A DNA stretch of 62,403 nucleotides from Planctomycetota bacterium (GTDB taxonomy: Bacteria; JAJVIF01; JAPKYR01). Both the position numbers and the translations under genes were made by a program. Shown piece after piece: positions 8,798 to 17,330 of the stretch. The notes under the pieces were generated by a model that was not told where the DNA came from, did no database searches, and worked only from the letters and a program-made list of their open reading frames with translations. Position 1 is the stretch's first letter. Every line of letters starts with the position of its first letter. The stretch covers positions 1 through 62,403 of the forward strand of contig JAUWTM010000006.1 in the NCBI GenBank assembly GCA_030614715.1. Reading direction: 5' to 3'.

Positions 8798-10813
8798 ATG
8801 ATGGCTAAGAAGAGTAAGTTGTCTGCAGAAGACCTTTACAGGTATGAATTGATCACAGATTTGAGAATCTCACCCGACGGTAAGAACGTGATCTACTCCC
8901 AGCAGAGAGTGGACAAGGGTTCCGAGAAGAAATACTCAAACCTCTGGATGGTAAAAACATCGGGTGGCGCACCGAAACAGTTCACATACGGCAACCATGT
9001 CGATGTGCACCCGCGATGGTCGCCTGACGGCAAATCGATCGCATTCATCTCAAACAGGGGCAGCGAAACCCAGGCTCAAATCTACGTCATCCCGCTCGAT
9101 GGCGGGGAAGCCCGTAAACTTACCGATTTCAAAGGCTCGATTGGCGGTTTCAAGTGGTCACCCGATGGGAAATCCCTGGCTGTCCAGTTCCAGAAGAAGG
9201 ACAAAGAGGTGATCGAGCGAGAGAAGGATGAGAAGAAAAAGAAGCTGGGTGTTATCGCACGCCATTACGACCGCGTGTTTTATAAATCCGATGGCGCTGG
9301 ATTCCTCCCGAAGGAACAGACGCATATATGGATCGTTAATGCAAAATCAGGAAAGGCTCGGCAGCTAACCGATCATAAAATATACGATGAAGTCGATCCG
9401 GTCTGGTCTCTGGACGGTAAACACATCTTATTCATATCAAACAGGACCCCTGATCCGGGCCTAAATATACACGACTGGAAACTTTACAGGATCCCGGCAA
9501 AGGGAGGTCGCATCAAGGAAGTCCCGACCTACGACAAGGGTGAGAGATGGCTGCCGTCCTTCTCCCCCGACGGTAAATGGATCGCTTTTCTTGGTAACGA
9601 AGGCGAGGGTGACTGGTGGAAAAACACCCGCGTCTGGATGGTACGGTCCGACGGTAAAGGAAAAGCCCGGTGCCTGACCGAAAAATTCGACTGGGATGCA
9701 AACAACACGAACATCAACGACGTAATCGGTGCGCATTATGTTGTCAGGCCCACGTGGTCCAACGACGGTAAATACATCTATTTCCAGGTCTCACGTCACG
9801 GTGACACATTCCTGAAAAAAATCGATGTGGAAACCCTTGAAGTAGAGGATGTAATCAACAAAACAGGAGCTCTTGGTTCGTTCTGGTTCGATGACTCACA
9901 GGGAAAGATGGCGTACTACTTCGGAGACCTGTATGACTTCGGGCAGATATTCGTCCATGACATGGAAAAGGGCACTGAAAGGCAGCTCACGAAGGTCAAT
10001 GCAAGCATTTTCCGCAAAATGGACCTCGGTGAGGTCGATGAACTCTGGTTCAAGGGGTCCGACGGTAACGAACTCCAGGGCTGGATACTTAAACCCCCGG
10101 GTTTCAATCCGAAGCGTAAATATCCCGCGATCATCGAGATCCACGGTGGTCCGCTCATGATGTACGGCAACATGTTCATGCACGAGTTTTACTTCCTCGC
10201 CGCGAAGGGCTACGTGGTCGCGTTCTGCAACCCCCGCGGAGGTCAGGGCTACGGCGAGAAGCACGCAAAGGCGATCCAGAACAACTGGGGTGGCAAGGAT
10301 TACAGGGACATCATGAAATTCGCCAACGTGGTTGCACGAAAAACATATGTCGACAAGGACCGTATGGGCGTTACAGGCGGCAGCTACGGTGGTTACATGA
10401 CAAACTGGATCATCGGGAAAACCCACCGTTTCAAGGCGGCTGTCACGCAGCGTTCGGTGAGTAATCTCGTCAGCATGTGGGGATCGAGTGACTTCAACTG
10501 GATCCTGCAGGAGGAATTCGGCAACAAGCCACCCTGGGAGAGCATAAACAATTACTGGAAGCAGTCACCGATGAAATATATCGGTAACGCGAAGACCCCG
10601 ACACTCGTGATCCACTCCGAGATGGACCTCAGGTGCCAGATAGAACAGGGTGAGCAGATCTACATCGCGTTAAAAACACTGGGTGTCGACACAGAATTCG
10701 TGCGATTCCCCGACGAACCTCACGGCCTTTCCCGCGGCGGACGTACAGACCGTCGTATAGAACGCCTGAACCACATCGTCCGCTGGTTCGATAAATATTT
10801 AAAGAAGAAGTAA
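8798..10813 (+). CDS. S9 family peptidase (acylaminoacyl/dipeptidyl peptidase) with PD40/TolB-like propeller
   Basis: 'WSPDG' repeats, 'IHGGP', nucleophile 'GGSYGG', 'DLRC' and 'EPHGL'. Confidence 0.95.
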   Translation: MMAKKSKLSAEDLYRYELITDLRISPDGKNVIYSQQRVDKGSEKKYSNLWMVKTSGGAPKQFTYGNHVDVHPRWSPDGKSIAFISNRGSETQAQIYVIPLDGGEARKLTDFKGSIGGFKWSPDGKSLAVQFQKKDKEVIEREKDEKKKKLGVIARHYDRVFYKSDGAGFLPKEQTHIWIVNAKSGKARQLTDHKIYDEVDPVWSLDGKHILFISNRTPDPGLNIHDWKLYRIPAKGGRIKEVPTYDKGERWLPSFSPDGKWIAFLGNEGEGDWWKNTRVWMVRSDGKGKARCLTEKFDWDANNTNINDVIGAHYVVRPTWSNDGKYIYFQVSRHGDTFLKKIDVETLEVEDVINKTGALGSFWFDDSQGKMAYYFGDLYDFGQIFVHDMEKGTERQLTKVNASIFRKMDLGEVDELWFKGSDGNELQGWILKPPGFNPKRKYPAIIEIHGGPLMMYGNMFMHEFYFLAAKGYVVAFCNPRGGQGYGEKHAKAIQNNWGGKDYRDIMKFANVVARKTYVDKDRMGVTGGSYGGYMTNWIIGKTHRFKAAVTQRSVSNLVSMWGSSDFNWILQEEFGNKPPWESINNYWKQSPMKYIGNAKTPTLVIHSEMDLRCQIEQGEQIYIALKTLGVDTEFVRFPDEPHGLSRGGRTDRRIERLNHIVRWFDKYLKKK

Positions 10814-10872
10814 CTGCAATACTACGCACTAATCAGAACGCTCTCGACCCGCAGGTTACTTAAAATGCACCC

Positions 10873-10927
10873 GACTGGGAGCGGACTGGGAGCAGACTGG
10901 GAACAGACTGGGAGCGGACTGGGAGCG
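10873..10927. repeat. Tandem repeat, 5 x 11 bp (GACTGGGA[G/A]C[G/A])
   Basis: Units read gactgggagcg / gactgggagca / gactgggaaca / gactgggagcg / gactgggagcg. Confidence 0.95.
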
Positions 10928-10979
10928 GGGACCTCTGGTCCGCGGGAGCGGCGATGTCCCATCGGCGCATTTATCTGGT

Positions 10980-11054
10980 CTACTCAATCGGGGACTTGCA
11001 GATGACTGTTTCGCCCAGCTCGTTATCACTAACCAGGCTGACCACGTCACCCTC
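10980..11054 (-). pseudogene. Orphan diverged copy of the last 24 codons plus stop of the adjacent lipoprotein gene
   Basis: 61/75 nt identical to 11136-11210. Translates EGDVVSLVSDNELGETVICKSPIE* versus EGEAVSLVRDNEMGGHVICKSPIE*. Confidence 0.85.
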
Positions 11055-11135
11055 TTTGACTACCAATCGGAGGGGGTATCTTTTGTTTTACAAAGCGGAC
11101 GGGACGTCCACCAGACAGCCGGCGAGACGCCCGCG

Positions 11136-13295
11136 CTACTCGATCGGTGACTTGCAGATTACGTGTCCGCCCATTTCGTTGTCGCGAACCAGGCTGACCG
11201 CTTCACCCTCGACCTCGAACCATCCGCCGACATTACCTGAGACCGTGTAAATCCCTGTCGTGAGCGGATCTGCAGTGATGTCAGTGTGAGGTGCTTCGCT
11301 ATTCTCGAAGCCGGGATCCGGCATATAGAATTCCGCTCCCATCTGGTCCAGGAACGTGTTTATCGAGGTTGTTGAATCCATGACTGCCGCGTTGTCCGAC
11401 ATCACAAGGCAGAGTCCGCCACCGTTGATAAATCCCTCGATAGCGAGGATATCTTCCGGCGAATACGGGGTATCGAGAACACCCGGGAACATGAACGACA
11501 CTATCAGCATGCGCACCCCGGTGACATCGACTGTCGGATCGGCGTTGATCACGAATGTGTAGCCAAGGTTTATCACATGATTTTCGAATTCACTTGAATA
11601 CCAGAAGTCATCACCGTGCCCGATGTACAACATTACAATGTCGTTTTCCGCGTACGGTCCGGTAAGCGGGATGTTGAACATGTTTGTGAACATCTGGGCA
11701 TTGTCGGCCTCGTCTGTTTCGAGGAACAAGCCATGATCGGCGAAACCATAGATATATTCACCGGAGGATGCCGCAATCGTAAAATCCTCATCGGAATCGT
11801 CGGTAACCAACGGATTAACAAATGAAGTAATCCTCACTCTCACGGTATCTGACGGATCGTTGGGGAGACTCGCCCAGTCGAAAGAGCCGTCGTTACCAGT
11901 GTCAGGGACGATGGTTTGCACGTCTGACACAAAGTTGTCCTTTGAGTATTCAATTCGCACGTGTTCAGGCACCAGCATGGAGTCCCACGTGATTTCGTAA
12001 TTCCCACCGATATACCAGGTCTCGCCACCGTTGGGCTGCAGAACCTCGATCCAGGGTTCCTCCGGGCTTTCGGTCAGGATTGGCACCATCACCCTGAAGT
12101 AACCGGCAAGTGCGCCATCGACCGGGACAGGCACGCCAAGATCGTTCGAGTAATCCTTGTCGGGATACCTGATCTCGACCCAGACAGGCAGGTCGTCGTT
12201 AGATTGCAGGAGTTCGACCGGAATCTCCGCATGGAAGGTGAAAGTAATGTCACCTGTATAAGTAGGGGTCATAATTACAGGGAAACCACCTGTCCACGCA
12301 TCGGAGTAGCAGTAAATTGCGTATTCATCGTCCCACAAGTCTGGTTTATGGAAATCTACCGGGGTGATGTCGAGGATGATATCCCCGCCGAAACTCGTGT
12401 CGTTCACGTACCATGCAGTGCTGTTGTCTGCAAACCGCGTGACAACCGCTTCAGGTGCGTTCGCCGACGGCGGGAAATCGTTCAGGTCACCGGGTGGATC
12501 CGGATCGTTAACGTTCGGCTCCCATCGCGCGATTACCGCGTACTGGAAAACGACCGAGGTCATGAAAGGGAAGTAAAGTTCGAACCTGCGGTAATTCACG
12601 CTCGAAGGTCGGAACGAACCGCGATCACCGGACATAAGTGTGACGTGGTCAAACGCGTCCATCTCGGTACCAAGGCCGTCGGTGAAATACTTGTATGGAT
12701 TCAGGATCGCGGTCGGAACATAATCCGTGGTCCCAAGTCCGCCCTCAACGTATCCGAGCATCGGCATTGCGAGACCGGAAAATTCTGTGGCGTTCATCCA
12801 GCGAGTGAAACCGTCCGGATTCAACATCCGCTGGTCCATTTCTATCGAGATCGGGAACTCATCGGGTCCGGGATACGCACCGTTGCCGTTACCCATGAAG
12901 ACACCGAGAACATCGAATCCAGTGAATCGCTCCAGTCCCGGGAATGGATGCTGAATGCCAATGTTGATATCGATCCTGATCCCTTCAGGATCGGGAATGA
13001 CCTCGACAATGTCCAGTATCACATTGACCGGGGGGCCGTCGACGAACCTGTTGACGTTCGCTGTAAAACTGGCACCCCTGATGGGTACCGCATCGATCGA
13101 GCCGTTATCAGGATCGATATAAATATCCCAGAGTCCCCAGAGCTGAGTGTTGCCGTCAGCTGGAACTGCTGATGTAGTATTCGTTAGATCCGAAACGGGC
13201 ACGGTCGGAACGCTCCCGGTACCGGAGCACGAGACCATGACCAGCAGGACCAGCATCAATACCGGGATGTACGAGAATCTATTCATTGTTGTCAC
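11136..13295 (-). CDS. Modular lipoprotein family member 1 (conserved N-module + Ig-like 'PNGGE' domain + GATase-like/DUF4350-like domain)
   Basis: Lipobox 'MVSC'; HPFPG/GFDVLG/NPDGFT motifs; 'WIEVLQPNGGETW...ITW' domain; C-terminal 'FINGGGLCLVMSD...INTFL'. Confidence 0.85.
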   Translation of the reverse strand: MTTMNRFSYIPVLMLVLLVMVSCSGTGSVPTVPVSDLTNTTSAVPADGNTQLWGLWDIYIDPDNGSIDAVPIRGASFTANVNRFVDGPPVNVILDIVEVIPDPEGIRIDINIGIQHPFPGLERFTGFDVLGVFMGNGNGAYPGPDEFPISIEMDQRMLNPDGFTRWMNATEFSGLAMPMLGYVEGGLGTTDYVPTAILNPYKYFTDGLGTEMDAFDHVTLMSGDRGSFRPSSVNYRRFELYFPFMTSVVFQYAVIARWEPNVNDPDPPGDLNDFPPSANAPEAVVTRFADNSTAWYVNDTSFGGDIILDITPVDFHKPDLWDDEYAIYCYSDAWTGGFPVIMTPTYTGDITFTFHAEIPVELLQSNDDLPVWVEIRYPDKDYSNDLGVPVPVDGALAGYFRVMVPILTESPEEPWIEVLQPNGGETWYIGGNYEITWDSMLVPEHVRIEYSKDNFVSDVQTIVPDTGNDGSFDWASLPNDPSDTVRVRITSFVNPLVTDDSDEDFTIAASSGEYIYGFADHGLFLETDEADNAQMFTNMFNIPLTGPYAENDIVMLYIGHGDDFWYSSEFENHVINLGYTFVINADPTVDVTGVRMLIVSFMFPGVLDTPYSPEDILAIEGFINGGGLCLVMSDNAAVMDSTTSINTFLDQMGAEFYMPDPGFENSEAPHTDITADPLTTGIYTVSGNVGGWFEVEGEAVSLVRDNEMGGHVICKSPIE

Positions 13296-13427
13296 CTTTC
13301 ACATCAATGATGAAGCCGGGTCAGGGCTTCATGTTAATTCATATTATATTATTTCAGAGACCCATAGTCAAAAACGTCAATACGACGCAGAGGTCAATCC
13401 ATTTCTGATAAACTTGGAAGTCCAGAA

Positions 13428-14627
13428 ATGAACCAGGTCTCCCGGCAGAAGCATTTCCGGATCAGGCAGTTCGTACTGCTGGTCACGAGCACCGTCACGG
13501 TGATGGTCGGCGCAACGCTGACACCTGCCCTGCCCGAGCTGCAAAGGCATTTCGCTGACACACCAAACATCAACCTATTAATCCCGCTCTTCCTCACTTT
13601 ACCACCATTGATAAGTGCAGGCACCGCACCACTGGCAGGTTACATAGCGGACAGGTTCGGACGAAAGAATGTCCTGACAGCGTCGCTGGTGATCGGTTTA
13701 ATAAGCGGGACGACCGGGTTGTACGTCGACTCACTGACGTGGCTGTTCGTTTTCAGGGCGATTCTCGGTATCACGTCCGCCGGGGTGCTCACGGTGACGA
13801 CAACTCTGATCGCGGATTATTACAGCGAGGGTAAGCGTCAGCACGTAATGGGTATGCAGGCAGGATTCAACAGCGGGAGTGCCGTTCTGTACCTGATTCT
13901 CGGGGGTGTTCTGGCCGAACTGCACTGGCGAGCACCGTTTGTTATTTACCTGTTGATAGCGGTATTGATACCGTACGTGATCCGTTACATCGATGAACCA
14001 GATCGGAACGGAAGGACTCAGACCACGGACGAGGTGAAGCCAGTCAGCGGGATCAGGTGGTCCACGGTGATTCACCTTTACATCTACGCGTTTGTAATCA
14101 TGGTCGCTTTTTTCATCGTTCCACTACAATTACCGTTCCTCCTCGAAGAAAGATTTGGCCTTACCGCAAGATGGGCAGGATTCGCACTGGCGGTTCCAGC
14201 GTTAATGGGATCGGTCTCATCCTTCCTGTACAGAAAATACCGGTCATGGTTCTCATACCAGGCATTGAACGGGCTTTGCTTCCTGTTAATCGCAATCGGG
14301 TACATTATCATCGCATACGCCGGGTCGTACTGGTTAATACTCGCAGCGCTTGTCGTTGGCGGGTTTGGTTACGGCATCCCGGGACCGAACATGAACGTCT
14401 GGCTTGGAGAGGTCACGCCCGCGGACATGCGCGGACGCATCTACGGTGGTCTTAACGGCGTGCTTTTCATTGGGCAGTTTGCTACCCCGTTCATAATTAC
14501 TCCAATTATCCTGGCGAATACACTTCACGGAACACTCGGCCTATATGGCATCACAACGATTTTCTCCGTGATCGTGGCAATTGGATACGGGATAGTCGTT
14601 TACCTTGAGAGAAAGAACCAATCGTGA
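13428..14627 (+). CDS. MFS transporter
   Basis: About 12 hydrophobic segments, motif A 'GYIADRFGRK' and 'RAILG'. Confidence 0.93.
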   Translation: MNQVSRQKHFRIRQFVLLVTSTVTVMVGATLTPALPELQRHFADTPNINLLIPLFLTLPPLISAGTAPLAGYIADRFGRKNVLTASLVIGLISGTTGLYVDSLTWLFVFRAILGITSAGVLTVTTTLIADYYSEGKRQHVMGMQAGFNSGSAVLYLILGGVLAELHWRAPFVIYLLIAVLIPYVIRYIDEPDRNGRTQTTDEVKPVSGIRWSTVIHLYIYAFVIMVAFFIVPLQLPFLLEERFGLTARWAGFALAVPALMGSVSSFLYRKYRSWFSYQALNGLCFLLIAIGYIIIAYAGSYWLILAALVVGGFGYGIPGPNMNVWLGEVTPADMRGRIYGGLNGVLFIGQFATPFIITPIILANTLHGTLGLYGITTIFSVIVAIGYGIVVYLERKNQS

Positions 14628-14684
14628 GATGAACTGGCTGTTTAATGAATTTCTCTTAACTCGAAAGTTATAACGGAAGCGATA

Positions 14685-15866
14685 TTGATTGGATTTAACT
14701 GGATATGGATAGCGTTACTTGTTGCGGGATGTTCGTACTGGACGATCGGAGTGATCCTTGCATTCCGAATGATGCGAATCATAAGGCCGATCGATGATTA
14801 CGACTTACCGGAACCTCCTCAATGGCCGAAAGTATCGATTATCATCTCCGCCCTGAATGAAGCCGATACGATCGAGGATGCGATTAAAACAAAACTCAAT
14901 TCCGATTACCCCGACTTCGAAATTATCATTGTCAACGACAGGTCAACTGACGGCACACGGGAGATAATCGACCGGGTAGCGACCACCGATGACCGTATTA
15001 AGGTTATTCATATCGATGAACTTCCAGACGGATGGCTTGGTAAGCCTCACGCACTTTCTCAAGCAGTGAAAATCGCAACGGGTGACTTCTTCCTCTTCTC
15101 CGATGGCGATGTTTTCATCTCGAAAGACCTCATGCGGAAGTCAATCGCGTTCTGCGAGAATAAAAAAATCGATCAGCTCGGAATCGGCCCGATGGTTTTT
15201 TCGAACAACGTACTGATGAATACGGTGCTTCTCACATTTTTCAGGACATTCTTTCTCGGGACGCGTGGATGGGCCATCGACATGCCGAAATTCAGGCCGT
15301 TCTCAGGGATCGGCGCGTATAACCTGGTCAGACGGTCGGCATTCGAGAGTACAGAGGGATTCGAATGGCTGAAATGCGAGATTGCGGACGATGCGGGTCT
15401 GGCGATGATGATTCAGCTTGCAGGCGGTAAGGTGTGGGTTGTTCTTGGCCTGGAAAACCTGGTGGTCACCTGGTACCCGTCGCTGAAGGAGATGGCTGTC
15501 GGGATGGAGAGAGGATCATTCGCTACGGTTGGAAATTTCACACTTACCGGGACCATATCGATGGCGCTGCTGATGCTCACGATCGAATTATCGCCATTGC
15601 TGTCCCTTATGATGGTCGGAATGCCGTGGCTTCAATGGTTCGGGCTGTTTAATGTGGTCTTCGGCCTGATCGGGGTAATCAGCCTCGCGGCCTGGATGAA
15701 ATGTCCGGTACATGCAGCGTTACTGTGGCCGATTGGAAGTGTAATTTTTCTCAGCATGTGGATACGTGGCGGATGGCTCGGATGGCGTCGAGGCGGTCTT
15801 ATCTGGCGCGACACTTTCTATTCAAAAGAAATGCTGAAGAAGGGCAAAAGGCTGAGTCTTCCATAG
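14685..15866 (+). CDS. Membrane-bound glycosyltransferase family 2 (HpnB-like)
   Basis: N-terminal TM, 'NDRSTD', 'GWLGKPHA', 'FSDGD', 'EIADD' and C-terminal TMs with 'WRD'. TTG start. Confidence 0.88.
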   Translation: MIGFNWIWIALLVAGCSYWTIGVILAFRMMRIIRPIDDYDLPEPPQWPKVSIIISALNEADTIEDAIKTKLNSDYPDFEIIIVNDRSTDGTREIIDRVATTDDRIKVIHIDELPDGWLGKPHALSQAVKIATGDFFLFSDGDVFISKDLMRKSIAFCENKKIDQLGIGPMVFSNNVLMNTVLLTFFRTFFLGTRGWAIDMPKFRPFSGIGAYNLVRRSAFESTEGFEWLKCEIADDAGLAMMIQLAGGKVWVVLGLENLVVTWYPSLKEMAVGMERGSFATVGNFTLTGTISMALLMLTIELSPLLSLMMVGMPWLQWFGLFNVVFGLIGVISLAAWMKCPVHAALLWPIGSVIFLSMWIRGGWLGWRRGGLIWRDTFYSKEMLKKGKRLSLP

Positions 15867-15873
15867 ATGGGAA

Positions 15874-17172
15874 TTATTCCAGGCCTGCAATCCACTCTCT
15901 AATATTCAATCCCGCTTCTTTTGATTGATTAATTATCACTTCGTGACGTTTCAGCAGACCCGCAGGACTGTTGTTCGCGAGCGTCCACCACAGGCTTGCT
16001 GCAAGCCAGCGTTTGAGGGGTGAACGGTCATCGCCAAGATATGCGTAGACCCTTAGTATTTCATTTTTCGGATCGAATCCAAGATCGACATGCCCGAGAT
16101 CGAGCAGCACGAAATGCATCGAACGTCCGGCAAGCCACTTATCGAGCGCGAAAACGTAACCGAACAGCAGTTTTCCGAGTCGTTCCCTCTCCACGCCCGA
16201 TTTTCGTGACTCAATTTCGAGTTTGCCCGTTGCGATTCCGTGCAGCCATAACTCAAGCCACCTGAACGTCGAGTGGTGGCAGTCCGACAGCCCGTGAAGC
16301 CCGTGTGCCATCGCTCCCGCGAGCCTGTATATGTCCTTACTCATCGGGTCTTCGATAGAATCCCGCGTTTCCAGATATTCCTTCTTATAATTAGCGTAAA
16401 TTTTCGGAAGTCCTGCTGACTTCGCAATTTCCCCATCAATTTCTACGCCGCGACCACCCGGCTCGAAGCATTCCCTGTGAACTGTCGCGTGATCATCGAC
16501 CCGCTTCGTGAGAAATTCAAACGGGAGCAGGAATCGCTGGAGCATGAGGTCCTGCACGTCGCTCAGGTTCTCACGTGACGGAAACCAGTCGTAGAATCTC
16601 TCAATGAATCCTGCTGCCAGAGGGAACTCAGAGAGAGTTACGTCCTTATCTGCCCCATCGATGTAATCCTTCACGACCGTTTCAATGACCTGCATCGCTT
16701 CGACCTGACCGGGCTGTGTACCCTTGACGTCCCACCATGCACCTGCTACGCAGCATCCATTATGGTAACAAGGATCGGGAAGTTTCCCGGTACCGATCGC
16801 GTTCAGAATTTCATCGATCGTAACCGGTATTCCGTTGTCGCACATCACCATGTTCCCGATGTGTGAGCGGAGTTTGCGCGTTTCATCGTCGAGCGGATCG
16901 AGTTCCCGCTGCATCGAATTGATGAAATTGATGTCCTGGTCACCCCAGTCACCGTCGATCACCTTACGGTCCACCGGGAGGTTCCAGGTGGACCATTTTT
17001 CGATTACGTCCCCTGATTCATCTTTAATGCGGATGACCTGCGAGTAGCCGGGCATGATATCCACGTCTGTTTCGGGAATTTCCGTCGACGGATCTTCTCC
17101 GGTGTAAACCGCTTCGACTCCGGGTGGCAGGATTTCGTAGGGAACCAGCGTTCGTTTTGTCTTCAGTTTCAT
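15874..17172 (-). CDS. Hypothetical protein
   Basis: 432-aa ORF with a GGAGGGGAG-type RBS upstream and protein-like composition. No family recognised. Confidence 0.8.
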   Translation of the reverse strand: MKLKTKRTLVPYEILPPGVEAVYTGEDPSTEIPETDVDIMPGYSQVIRIKDESGDVIEKWSTWNLPVDRKVIDGDWGDQDINFINSMQRELDPLDDETRKLRSHIGNMVMCDNGIPVTIDEILNAIGTGKLPDPCYHNGCCVAGAWWDVKGTQPGQVEAMQVIETVVKDYIDGADKDVTLSEFPLAAGFIERFYDWFPSRENLSDVQDLMLQRFLLPFEFLTKRVDDHATVHRECFEPGGRGVEIDGEIAKSAGLPKIYANYKKEYLETRDSIEDPMSKDIYRLAGAMAHGLHGLSDCHHSTFRWLELWLHGIATGKLEIESRKSGVERERLGKLLFGYVFALDKWLAGRSMHFVLLDLGHVDLGFDPKNEILRVYAYLGDDRSPLKRWLAASLWWTLANNSPAGLLKRHEVIINQSKEAGLNIREWIAGLE

Positions 17173-17330
17173 TGTTTACTCCCCTCCAACATCGATGCAC
17201 ATTACAGCATATTTTTCCGTTTCAAGCTAACAATCACAATTCAATTTAATGTCGAATCGCATCTAAAGTTTCAGACTGTAGTAATGTACTGTATAATTTA
17301 TATAATTCTGCTGACCTCAGGCGGCTGTCG

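Noticed and set aside
10873-10927. CRISPR array
   Set aside because: Contiguous 11-bp units with no spacers, and no cas genes.
10980-11210. DGR template/variable repeat pair
   Set aside because: The 14 mismatches are not confined to adenines of either copy on either strand, many are synonymous, and there is no reverse transcriptase in the window.
11961-13172. 403-aa plus-strand ORF (likewise 47762-48628, 38817-39695, 42267-43085 and other antisense ORFs)
   Set aside because: These are antisense shadows of well-supported genes with no recognisable motifs, consistent with codon bias.
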